From positions 1-64,000 of the forward strand of contig NIVC01003575.1 in NCBI GenBank assembly GCA_002269645.1: 64,000 nt of DNA, read 5' to 3'. The notes beneath the pieces were generated by a model, which was not told the DNA's origin, made no database searches, and saw nothing but the letters and a program-made list of their open reading frames with translations. Below, piece by piece: positions 1 to 12,300 of the stretch. This DNA is from Macrostomum lignano. Taxonomy: Eukaryota. Positions within the stretch are counted from its first letter, which is position 1. Each line of letters opens with the position of its first letter. The position numbers were made by a program, and so were the translations under genes.

Positions 1-1771
1 TATGTACGATCTGCGGACCCTCCTACTAATATGTCTGAGATTGGCCGTCAAGTACAAAAGAGATACCTATAAATATTTGAATGTAGGTGTCTTGCCTGTG
101 GTTGTCTAGAAGTCTTCAATAGAATCGCTGGCCACCAAATGAAGTACAGGCTTCTTCGATGTCGACTAGAGATGGCATGGTAGGTCTCCTAGCGCTGGGC
201 GGTGACCTCTAGCTGGCGGTTTCTTAGAAACTAGTTCTCGTAGCGTAGGTAGTGCTGCCATCAGCTTCGCAGAGTCGCAGCCTTCGGTGAGGTGCGATAA
301 CTAAGACGAGAGAGAAAGTCAAGCACTTCGTGCAGATTTAGCAGTCTTCGAGTAGAAGCGTCCGCAGTCAGCAGTCCCTGCCGGGCAAGTGCGGGGTTAG
401 AGCGATGGTGCTAGCTTCGGGCGATCTAAGCTGCCCTGCTACTAATAGATAGCAGGAACAATTTGAAGCAGGCACACGCAAAGTCGGGAGTCTGGAGAGT
501 CAAACTTAGGCTCAAACTTGGCACACAAACTTAGAGACTTGAACTGAGAGAATCTCGGAGGAAGGGCTGAGGAACGATGAGAGGGCTGCATTTATAGGGA
601 GAATCGATTGCACCACTTTAGGAAAGACCCCCGCTGAGAGTCACCTCTGACTCTGATGCTAATTTTAGCAACAAGCGAGCGGGTTCTGCCTCAGAGGAGG
701 CAGGGGTCCGGGCGCACGTGATCTCCCATAAACGCGAGCCATGCGTACAATGATGAAATCATTGCACTTTGGACTAAAGAAGGAAGAATGCCCTGTCATG
801 TGACTGGTTCACATGACAAGGGGGAAAGGCCCACAAGTGAAAGCACTCGTGACTCTTGGAACGCGAAAACAGGACAGCACTCCAAATTTGGAGATGCCAA
901 ACAGAGAACGAAACAGAGGCAGGCCAGACCAAGCTGTCTGGGCACTGCAAAACGGGAGCACAAGACAAAAGGGGCAAACGAGGACAAACAGACAGACAGG
1001 CAAACGGGCAATGGACAGGCCAGAGGACAGGCGGGAAGGGACAGGCAACTGCCCAGCGGCAGACAGAAGCCTGGGGCGAGGGCGAGGGAACCAGCTGACT
1101 AGTACGGCGCCTAACTAAATAGCGACTCACTACACATTTTGTGCACGTAAACCCAAACCGCCAAGTTAGCGTGGTTGCGTCTTCGTTTCAAAGCCAAGCC
1201 AATTAGCCAAGACAAAAGCCACGAAAACAAGCATTATGAGCTAAAACAGATATAAAATCATTCTACTTATTACATAAGTGAACTTTTGCAAACTGTTTGC
1301 AGCTTGTTTAATTTGATATTTAGCGGCTGATTTTGCTTCAGATACTGAAGTCTTAGAGTAAATTATAGAAATTCACAATAATAGAATACATTTGTACGGA
1401 TAATCATCAAATATAATCCTAATTATAGGAAGACCTCTCAATAGGAAGACCTTAGCAACGGTTTGCTTTGAGTAAAAACAGCATTACGGAGTGGCTGCGC
1501 AAAGTGCTCCAATGCGAAGCAAGAACAATGCAATGTTAAGAGCGGTGTTATTGCGTGTGTTGTCATCAGGGATACTTATATCGTCCGAGAGGAAACGACA
1601 CCGGGGCACTGAGTAGGTTGCAGTGGCGAGGTCAACATTGGAGTTTTGTGTTTTTAACCTAATTAATATAATTAAGAGCCCTTACGCATCTGAATGCAAT
1701 CAGCCCCAATCTATAAAAGACAGCATCGGCCACAAATCGTCAACAAACAATTAAGCTGATCGTGAGCTGCG

Positions 1772-2503
1772 GGAATAAATTCCACGGTGGCAGCAGCAGT
1801 CGTTTTTGTCTGCACCGCTGCTACCAACACAGTACGCTGGAATCAACGGCTACCTGTGCGTCCAGAGCGCCTTTGTACAGACTGGCAGCTTTGCCTGGAC
1901 TAGGCTGCAGTGCGCCTCGGCCTGCAGCGTTAATCCGCTTTGTCAAGCGTTCTCCATGGCCGACGGTCCGTGCCAGCTGTTCGTGTTCAACCAGTGCAGC
2001 AAATACGTGCGAAACTGCACCTGCAGTCGGACAGGCCGAGTGTACGTCAAGCAACAGCCGGGACTGCCGCCCGGAGCTCTGTGTCCGGCTGGCTACTCTA
2101 ACGACTACTGCGGCACAAAGTACAAGTATTACGATGGAATGAAGGATTGGAATGAGAGCAGAATTGCAATCAACGCCGAGCCGGGACTGACTGTCATGGC
2201 CGAGGCGGGCGACGCAATCGAGCTCGCCCATCTGAAGAGCATAGTTAATGCGAATAGTTCGCTAATGCAGAAGCTATTTCTGGGCGGTCGTCGAGCTAAC
2301 TGCAGCTCGCTCGCATTGGAAGGCTGGTCTGGACCGGCTGTCATGGAATTTTCCAAGGCGACTTGTGGAGCTCTGGCGAACCGAATGGCGGGACAGAGTG
2401 CGTTACTGTAGTTGGCAGCTTGTACTCGAAGATGATAGACGGGCATTTCTACGATTTCACAATGTCTGGCAGTCTGGGCCAGTGCAGCTCTCCGTTTGAC
2501 TGA
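1772..2503 (+). pseudogene. PAN/Apple + C-type lectin gene, frameshifted paralog of 5257-5982
   Basis: 1806-2327 aligns to the paralog (INGxxC, CQAFS..GPCQLF, VKQQPGLPPGALCPAGY..D.CGTKYK, FLGG). After GGC TGG (2322-2327) one base is missing (tc at 2328-2329). The frame starting at 2330 reads WTGCHGIFQGDLWSSGEPNGGTECVTV...SPFD* (TGA 2501-2503), the same C-terminus as the paralog. The signal-peptide-like stretch (1772-1830) is in another frame and has no ATG. TATAAAA at about 1712. Confidence 0.8.
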
Positions 2504-4299
2504 TTGGCACGGGTTTATGATTATTATCATAACTTTAATGATTATTTGTGTCAAACTACGATTGAAGGTGCCGGCCATTAGTCACTGGAACTGTATCAAT
2601 ATTAAAGTTTTTTTAATCAAAGACAAAGGTCGAACAAAGAGAAATACAGCGACATGGACGAAGCTTCGCTTAAAATTGTTGCATCGATAATTTGCTATTC
2701 GGTCTTTTACCTATTCTTTTAGTAGAATCCCTTTGAATTCAATATAAATTGTTGGTTTTGGAACTTGACCTTGAGCTTCATTGAGCTGTCAATCATTTTA
2801 GGACGCAGTCAGTTTGATAAGTTTTAGCCGATGCATCCTCAGAACAGACCGTTTTGGCCAAAAGCAGTAGATTGCGACAAGAAATGTAGCTGGCGCCATC
2901 GGACACTCGGTCATGGTAGCCAACGGGCACAAAAATTCAGAATTTAGCTACGAGCACTAGCATCCAACACAAATTGATGGGAGCAAAAAACCCTTTCAGT
3001 GTTGACAATGAGATCAAATATACAACAGCCCTGCCTCCCTCCCCCTAGTTCAAGCAATCCGGCCAGCAAACAACAGCTAAAAAAGGGTAAACACGATGTT
3101 TAATGGCATTCCATTATTTGCGCTATAGCCACACTCAACTGTTGTCAGTCTGGCTATCCAAAAAAAGCGCGACATTTCAAGACAAATGGAGGCTGCGGTA
3201 TTGCCAGTGCATTCCTGAGGCTGAAAAACGCATCACCATGCAGGGGGTGTTTTATATACGACTTGTAGTGGCTACAAGTGCTTGTGCTTGTCACACGTTA
3301 CTTTCGTTTCATAAAATTGCCAAAGCTACAAGTACCTAAAAGCTACAAGTGAGTAATAGTGACAAGTCCGTATTACAAGCGTTCCGTTTCATATATGGTG
3401 TCTATGTCTACTATCCTCGACGCGTGTAATGACTGACAAGCTGAAGAGACATCTTTTACGCAACCTTGTAGTTCGGTTCTTCTTCTTACGAAAGCCCGAT
3501 TATGAAAGCGACGGTTCTGTTGCACTAATAAAGCGGTGCGCACATTTAATTAGACACATTTCACCTCTCTCGAAAGTGGCAGTGGATTCGGCCAGTTTGA
3601 AAGTTGACTTCGGTTAAAAGCTACGAGCCATACTAGCTTGGGTTTGTAGTCTGTGAATGATTTTAGTTCCGACTGGTATAGGCTGAGTTTGCCGTAGCAA
3701 GTCTAAGACTGTGAATTTCAAACTGCCTAAACACAAGAATGGCGCTGACTGAGAGCATAGTTATTAGACTAATTTGATCTTTTAAAAAATCATTCATTAG
3801 TTGATCAAACAGCTAATTTAACCGAAGAACAAAAATATGATATCACATGCACCATCACCTGACAGGACTTCTTTTACCTCGAAAACTTAGGTAACATGTC
3901 GATTTTCCGTTTGAACGATACATAAAATATTTTAATCGAGCTGCTGTCTTTAGTAGAAATAACAGCGCATTAACCTCCAGCCAATGACGGCTAATTTTCG
4001 CTAATGTCCGCTAATGTCCGCTTACCTTTCTCGTCAACGGAAAGCCGTAAATTTTTTTTTACTTCAGCGAAATTTGACTCAGTCTATGGTGCGTAAATTC
4101 GTTCAACTGCTCTCAAAGCAGGATATAATAGCCTTGTGCCGTTGCAGTTTGCACATGCGCTTGCTTTATAAAGTCATGTTCAGATATTGTCATTTGACAG
4201 GGCTGTCTGGTGTCGACCGACCACTGTGTAGTGTAGCTTAACAGCAAAAAATGAGCTCAATGTCTATGATAGAGCGTATCCTTGTACTGCTTGCCTCGC

Positions 4300-4760
4300 G
4301 GTTCAAGGCTGGGCTGTTTCAGGCAGTCGTTGAGACTGTCTTGTTGTACAACGCCGAGACCTGGACCCTGACAGACGCTTTAGAGAGGCAGCTGGACGTT
4401 GCGCATGCGGCCATGCTGCGTGCGGCGTTCGGAGTGCGCAGCGGTCCAGACAGCGAGCCCAAGCCGCGCTCTACACGAGGGCACGCCTGACGCGGCCTTC
4501 TGACCTGCTGCTCGGGCGGCGACTTCGACTGGCTGGCCACGTCATCCGGTCGGAGGCTCGCTGCCCTGAGCCGCTGTACGAGGTGCTGCTGCTCAAGCTG
4601 CAGGGACCGCGCAGGCGAGGCCAAGGGCGAACGGCGAGATATCCTGACAGGCTTTTGACCTATGTTGGCGCCCCGGACCAAGCTGAGGGTGTGACTTTCT
4701 GAGGGCTATGGCCCAGAGACGCGCTCTCTGACTTCTCCCCCCTTTCTGGCTACTACTATG
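4300..4760 (+). mobile_element. Degenerate 3' fragment of an RTE-like non-LTR retrotransposon (RT C-terminal region)
   Basis: Reads FQAVVETVLLYNAETWTLT...AAMLRAAFG, then after a frameshift ALYTRARL...RRLRLAGHVIR...GPRRRGQGRT.RYPD. These match the LLYG.ETW and RRL.WAGHV.R...G.R.RGRP motifs at RTE-type ORF ends. End points approximate. Confidence 0.75.
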
Positions 4761-5256
4761 GCTGGCATGTGAAGTACTTTGTTGTGGTTGTTGTTGTACT
4801 GCTATACCCCTTTATTGCTATTAAAATTGCTGTTTCATTTTCAAATGACGGAGACAACAAGTGAAAATTCGGATTCCACTAAGAACAGCCAGTTGAAGCC
4901 AGCAAATTTGAACGTAAGTTTGTGGTTGGCTAATGCAGGTCTGCTACAAAATGAAAAAATTGACAGAGAGGACAGACAGACATGCAGGGAAGAAAACATG
5001 CATAGAACCATGGGAGACAAAAATGCGAAGACTGGTGTTAAACAGAAATTAGCGAAGGGAAAATAAAATTGGAGGGAGCGAGGGATCGCTAACCAATCGG
5101 GATGACATTGGCTGGTAGCATCACTTTCAGACAACTCACTCTACCATATTCCCGAATCGATTACTCAGTGTTGATGTCAGGCTATAAAACCAAGATAAAA
5201 CCAGACAAAATGTCTTCAACCAACAGCACAGAGTAGCCACCAAAGCCAGAAACACA

Positions 5257-5982
5257 ATGCTTGCTAGTCTGGGCATCATCATTTCTTTCGCAGTCACCGC
5301 GGCTGCCTTCGAATACGCGATAATCAACGGGCTGCAGTGCATGAAGAGTGAGTTCATCGAGACTCACAACGAGGCCAGGTCCGACTTAGACTGCGCCATC
5401 CTCTGCGATGACAGAACCCGCTGTCAGGCGTTTTCCAAGTCTGCTGGGCCGTGCCAGCTGTTCATGTTCGACAGGTGCAGCAAGAACGTGAGAGACTGCA
5501 GCTGCAGTCGTACAACAAAGGTGTTCGTGAAGCAGCAACCGGGTCTGCCGCCCGGAGCCCTGTGCCCTGCTGGCTACGCCGACGACCTGTGCGGCACCAA
5601 GTACAAGTTCCACAACAAGTCCACCGACTGGGACGCGTTCAGGAGTGCGATGGACTCGGAGTCTGGCCTCGTCATCATGGCCGACGTGACCAATGAGACG
5701 GAGATGGCTCACCTCAAGGGAGTCTTTGCCTCTCGAAAGTTGGACAAAGTGTTTCTTGGCGGACTTCGGCTGTCTGGCACCTCGGATCCAAGCGCTGGAT
5801 GGATGTGGATTGGCTGCAATGCCAGCATCGCTGAATTCTGGTCGCCTGGAGAGCCGAACAATAGCGGTGGCACAGAGTGCGTCACCGTTGCTGGAAACCC
5901 GTACCCAGCTCTCATTGACGGGGACCGCAGTTGGCCCAGCATGGACGGCGCCATCAGTGAGTGCGTGTCGCCGTTCGACTGA
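5257..5982 (+). CDS. Secreted PAN/Apple-domain + C-type lectin domain protein (241 aa, intronless)
   Basis: Hydrophobic signal peptide; CAILC...CQAFS....CQLF PAN pattern; CTL motifs FLGG, WMW, WSPGEPNN...ECV (EPN motif). TATAAAA 5183-5189 and AATAAA about 6090. Confidence 0.88.
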   Translation: MLASLGIIISFAVTAAAFEYAIINGLQCMKSEFIETHNEARSDLDCAILCDDRTRCQAFSKSAGPCQLFMFDRCSKNVRDCSCSRTTKVFVKQQPGLPPGALCPAGYADDLCGTKYKFHNKSTDWDAFRSAMDSESGLVIMADVTNETEMAHLKGVFASRKLDKVFLGGLRLSGTSDPSAGWMWIGCNASIAEFWSPGEPNNSGGTECVTVAGNPYPALIDGDRSWPSMDGAISECVSPFD

Positions 5983-6396
5983 AGAATCGCCAGTTTTAGG
6001 ATGCACGGCTAGGAGCAATCGGTTGAAAACGTAGCAATGAGCTAACATTTACTTAAAAAGATGTTTTTTTAAAAAGGAAGAAGCAGTTAAATAAACAAGG
6101 GTTCGAATTTGTGATACAAGTTGCATCACTTTGACTAAAAAGCTTTGTCAAGCTGCTGTCTCTTGCTTAATTTTTCATTAAAAACGGCAGTCAACCTGTG
6201 CTGAGAACACGTGTGCGCAGCTAAATACTTTTATTTGGTGAAAGAAACTTATTTCAGTATGTGCACAGTGGGAGACGGGAGTAGAAGATATTCTACAGTT
6301 TATTACTCATACTAGCTCGTATAGCTACGGCCACATGGCTTTCTCGGGTTGGGAAAACTAACTATTAAGGTTACTAAAGGTTACTCTAAGGTAATT

Positions 6397-9300
6397 TCAC
6401 AGCGGCACGCAATTAATCCCGTTTCCATGGTAACCAGGACGACAAACGCACTGCCGTCGGTTATGCAAGTTGACGCAGTCCGCGTTCAACGAGCAGCCAT
6501 GACCAGGAGCGCAGTGGTTCCGGCCTGCCAATAGAGCAAGTGAGTTTGTCGGCCTTTTGGCTTTATTCCGAATAAAGTGCAAATTGTAAAGAAAGTACAA
6601 ATCTTACCTTCGCAGTAGGGGCAGCAATCTGAGCTGCTTGCTTTTCGTCTGGCTGGCGGGCAACTGCTCAGTGATGGACAGAGCCGCCAGTGATCGACCG
6701 GCTCGTGGCACAGCAATGCACCGTCCTAAGGAAAAATTGAAAAATTGAAACGTGAACTAATCGAAGTACATCGTACTTTGAGCTCTATTTCCTAATTTAG
6801 TGCTAAAAATCCCGACTCACTTTCAAATAATAAGTGATACTTTATGGAGTACCCATACCGTCCTGCTTATTTGACTTGGGTCGAATCCAAATTATCGACC
6901 CTAGGAAAGGTAGGCACACCTTGTCCATTTCTTTCCTAACAAACTGACTAATTGACAAAGATTCCAGACAAATGTCAGCTTACCTGACACTGACAGACCA
7001 CGCACTGCCGCCGACCATCGGGCCCAAGTTCAGCCAAACTGGTAAAGTTCTGACCGTGGTCCAGCATTTTGACACTGCCGGGAAGTTGACACGGTCTGAG
7101 GCAGATCGGACAGCAAGAACCCGTTGGCAGTGCCGGATTTGAACAGTTGAGCGTCGGACAGATCGTTGGACCGCATGCCATGCGACCTCTCTGGTGGCGT
7201 TTGGCAGTGCAATGGAGTTAGCTTAAGGAATTATTTTATCTCTACTGTGTTAATGCAATGCACGTCAAATATCAACCACCAGCTTTATTTTTAAATTGCA
7301 GGGAACTAATGCCGCAAATCAAAGCGACAGTCAACCGCTGCCAACGAGGAAGTAAGCAGTCAGGCCCGTTCCGCTGACTCGGAACTCCGCTGCATGCACA
7401 TGAATACGTAAGTAAGCACACACTTGGACTGGGTGTACAGCGGCCCTGCTTTTCTCATATTCAGGTATGTACAATTTCTGTGCCATGGGGTTTGGCCCTC
7501 ATCGAATCGCAGAGGTCTCAGGCCAATTTTGGAGCACGACCTCCAAAATCGAACCGGGGTACTTTGGCGCCAGACTCCGACACTTTAATCTGCTCTACTC
7601 TTCCCTTCATCTCTTGATACTTTTCAGGACGATGAAGTTGTGGTGTTGGTGTTTCAGTTTTTCAGCGAGGACATTCAATGGACCAAATGTTAACGATACA
7701 TTAACTGTAAAGTGTCCTACTACATCCGAGAGCTGATTAGCTCGTATTTACCAAGCAACGGCACTGTCGGCAACCGATAGCGTCCCACGTCTGACCGTCA
7801 TCGAATCGGCTACCGTTGTACGTGCAATGCTGAGACCATGAGACACTCTTGAAAAGCTGCTTCAGCCGCTTCTCGACAGATGCCAACTGGAAAACGATTA
7901 CATTAAATAATATATTTGAGCTAATTGTGTTGAATTACATCAAGTATTTCATTAATTTTGATTCTACATGGCTGAGCACTTACTCTTTGTAGAGCACTCT
8001 TCATCTCTAATTGAAGTCGCTGAATGGTCCCAATCAAAACGGAGTTCGAGTCGTAAGAATTTTTTCCTGTTATACGTTTTTAAAAGGGTATTATTTAATC
8101 AACGAAATAAGTTAAAGAAAGAAAGACGCGCTTAAAAAAGTCTCACGGGATTGTAAGTTGGTGCATTGCTTCACAAGCCCATTCGCTCCGATAACAAGCT
8201 CGGCTTTCTGAAGCTCAATCTGAGGAATTTCGAACATGAGAGCGGGTGAAAACTCTTTTGGTAGCAATGATTTAGCTTGACCCTTAGCGGCTTAATACAC
8301 CTTGATATCAGCAGCACAGCTAGAAAATAAGACGCCATGACATCCGCAGCCTGACTCATGAAATTAACAAACCTGAGATCGATCCTCCTTAAGCTGCTCA
8401 TTCGATGCGATCCACCCACAATGTTGTCGCTGGTGTCTCCAACGTCTCTTTCGCCGACGACCCCACCTAGACCTGAACAGATCCCATCGCAGAGGCTGTT
8501 GAAGCTGCCGATCAACAATTATCCGACAGTCAACAGCTATTCGTAGTCGGCGTTTAGAGAATTCGAACCCTAGTCGATGCCAGAACCCGCGAGTAGAGTT
8601 CCAAGAAATTGTCTCTGTGTACAGTGTCTTGACTGAGCGTTTCGCAATGTACTGCAGCTGCAGTTCCTTCGTTGAGATTCGGAGTTGCAGCAGCCTTTGG
8701 TGGAGGTTGGCGCTATTTGGTTTTATTCAGATACAGTTCAAGGGTTGTAGCCTAGTGGTTAGAGCGTCGAACTTACGACTAGAAGGTCGGGGGTTCGATT
8801 CTCGACCCACTCGGAACAATTTGTGTCCTTGAGCAATAAGGCTGCGGTTTGCGCTAGGCTTGCCTTGAGCAAACCGGCTTTAGTGCCCAAGCGCGCTGCG
8901 TCTGTGGTGCGCCCCCCCCCCGCCGCGTGTGTACGTTCTGTGTTGTTTAGGTGGGCGCCCACCCCTCCGCCGGGGGGGTATTTTACTCCAGCCGCGCTGC
9001 TGAGTTGGCAGTTCTTTTTGAACTCTAATGCCAATCGCTGAATCATGGCTAGCACTGACACTGTCAAGTCACTGCGCGAGAGGTTGCAAGGCCTAGGCCT
9101 GCCAACCCACGGAAACAAAATGGAGCTATTGGAGAGGCTGTCTGCACACATCGACAGCGTTACAGAACTGCAGGACGGCGATGATCGCAGACCTTCACTG
9201 ACCCCGGAGACGACTCGCTCGAAGAACATTCAAGATTTGCTGGCGGCTGCGGCGGACGGCGAAGCTGCGACGGCGGCGTCAGAGTCTGGAGCGGCTGGCG

Positions 9301-12300
9301 GCCTGGACGACGAGGTGCGGGAAGTCGAGCAGCGTATACGGCTGCTGAAACTGCGCAAGGAAGAAGCCGAGCTGCAGGCCGAGGTTAACCTATTGCAGCG
9401 GCACCGGGCTCCCTCAACTAACCATGGTGAGTTGTTTGGTCACGTGATATCAGGGAGTGAGTCAGCTAGACCAGCGATCCCGCATGGTACCTACCGCATC
9501 CCCGAATTCATCTGTAAACGCAAGCAGCAGGAAGCGGGTATCATCCAGTCTGTTGATCGGACAGGTAAAGTTGTCTACAAAGTGAAGGAGGCAGCGTTAG
9601 AATCTCTGACCTTTGGCGACTGGATTGCTGGCAATGCGCGCATAATGCTGAAGATGCTGGATGATGGAGCTCTAGTTAAGAGCGGTGAAGGAGAATGTCC
9701 TGATGTTTCTGAGCTCCGAGACTACCTGCGTTTTAATATTCGGATAGGAGAGCTTTTTGACCTTGGTTTCGAGAAGACCCGCGTCATGAGATTCGACGAT
9801 GAGTGCAGAATAAGCCAGACAGCTACTACCTCTTGGGAAGCCAGAGCCTCCGACATGGGTCTGGTGGCCGCCTACCTGATGGCACCACAGAGGGGTCCGA
9901 CTGCCTCAGAGAGACTGTCGAAGCGGAGCCAGCAGCCTGTGTGCTTTGACTTCAATAAGGAAGCCGGTTGCAGCAGAAGAAACTGCAAGTTTGCTCATCA
10001 ATGCCGGAGGTGCGGTCTAGGCCACTCTGAAGCGGCTGCCCACCGGGATGGCGTGGGTATCGAGACGGCCAGGTCCTCGCACTGACTGAGTGCCCGTAGT
10101 GATTTTAACGTCCCCGTTTTATCTACAGATTTGAGGTTCGTGGAGTGGGAGAAGGAGCTGTTGTGTATTGATTTGCCTATGGATCGGAAGAAGTTTATTC
10201 TCGATGGTGTTGCATATGGTTTTCGTATAACTAACAAAACTGTTTCTGACTGCAAGTCAATTGATGTTAACAACTACCATTCTGTCAATGTTCATTTCGA
10301 GGCTGTGGAAAAGCAGATTAAGAAGGAGCTCGGGTGTGGCAGGTATCGCGAGTGCCCGACCGGCTGGCGTCCGCAAGTGGTCAGTGCTCTCGGAGCCTTG
10401 CCCAAGGTTGGTGGCCGTGTGCGCCTGATTCACGACTGCAGTCGGCCCGTGAATAACTCTGTGAACTCCAGATGGGTCAGCCAGGAGAGGCTGCGCTTCA
10501 CGTGTGCCGACAACTTTGCGAGGAAGCTTTCTAGAGGCTGCTTTATGACTAAGGTGGATCTCAGCGAAGCGTACCGCGCCTGTGGTGTTCACCCCGATGA
10601 TTTCAGCCGGACAGGGATCAAGTTCCGCTTCGGCGAGTCCAAGGCAGCCACCTACATGTATGACACCCGTTTGCCGTTCGGCGCTGCAGCTTCTGTTACC
10701 TGTTTTCACCATCTTAGCAATGCTGTGCGTTTAATGATGGTGCGCAGAGGCTTTGTGGGCACCGAGTCCTACCTGGACGATTTCGCCTTCGCGGGCTCGC
10801 GTGACGAATGCCAGCGGTTTTACGACGAGCTGACAGGCCTGTTGACGCGGCTGGGCTTCACTGTAAACTGGGCAAAGTGTCAGACACCAACTCAGCGCAT
10901 GACCTTCCTTGGTGTCGAGTTCGATACAGTGGCCGGCATCAAGAGGTTGCCCGAGGAGAAGGCGAGGAACCTCGCTGAGTTGTTAGCAACTGAAAGGAGC
11001 AAAACCAGGATCAGCAAGCGGGCTTTGCAACGCTTGATCGGCAAGCTTGGCTGGGCAGCACTGGTGATTCGCAAAGGAAAAACTTTTCTGCGTGATCTGA
11101 TCGAAGTGTGCAACGCTATGCGGCCTGACGAGAGAATTAAAGTCAGCTTACAGCTCTGTGACCAATTCAGCTGGTGGATTGTAGCGCTGGAGTCGGCCCG
11201 GTGGGTGGAGCTCTGGCCTGTTTTCAAGAACCATGTGGCAATCGAGTCCGATGCATGTGGAAGAGGTGGGGCAGCGGTGCTTCGAAGGTCAGATGGCAGT
11301 TGGGACTGGTGCTACATCAATTGGAGCCAGGATGGGGCCGGAGTGTTCGCTGATCTGCCAATCAACTACAAAGAGGCGGTGGCTCCTTTGCTGTCAATCC
11401 TGCGCTGGAGGGAAGAGCTGAAAGGCTGTAAAGTTAGCGTTTATTGTGACATCATGGCGGCCTGTCATATTATCAATAATGGCACTTCGAGGTGTCCTGT
11501 CGTGCAGAGGCTACTGCAAACGATTGCGTTGATGTCCTTACGGCATGGTTTGAGTGTGCGAGCCTTTCATGTGCCGGGAGAGTTTCAAATTCTCGCCGAT
11601 GCAGCGTCTCGGTTGCACGAGCGCAGTCAGTTGATTAATTTTTTATTTCGCTGCTATGGCAACTTGTGCCCGTTTGCTTTGCAATCAATGCATCGACATG
11701 CTTTCTGCCCTGCCTCTGCCCACTTTCTTCATTTTCAGGCCGTCCAGCTGCGCCAGACTCTCTCAGCCACCGGGCCGCGTCGCTGCTAGGCGTCTCTTAT
11801 GCACCACGGTCAAGGCAGGCGGTGGCAAGGCACATCCGTGAGTGGCTAGCTTACTGCAAGCAGACCCGCTGCAGTCCTGTATCCTGTCCGCTGAACAGCC
11901 TGCTCGACTACCTGGCCAGCCTTGTCGGGACGCGTTTGCGTGCGTACGGCAGCGTTGCTTCTGTCGCCAGCTCGCTGTCCGTTTGGTTTCGCATCAACTC
12001 TGCACCAGACCTGACGAAGCATGCCGCCACGACTCTCCTCCTGCGAGGCGCCAAGCGAGAGCTGGGACTTCGGGTGTCGAGAAAACGACCAGTATCGCCG
12101 CTCATGTTGTCGGAGATTCATCAGCGAGTCAGTCGTTCTGATGGGCTTCAGCTGGCATGCTGGGCAGTCACCATCTGCTGTTGGTGGGGCATGCTCCGAA
12201 AATCCAGCGTGCTGCCGACTTCGGGAAAAGGTCCGGCACGTGTGCGCTGCGCTGACATCTTTCGACACCCGCGAGGTCTGATCTTGCGCCTGGAGCAAGG

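Noticed and set aside
7300-7470. Plus-strand exons (TTGCAG|GGA...|GTAAGT)
   Set aside because: Splice-like words only, with no coherent protein; the region lies in a NELL intron on the opposite strand.
8742-8812. Functional tRNA gene
   Set aside because: A and B boxes are present but there is no clean cloverleaf or terminator, and it continues into a SINE body.
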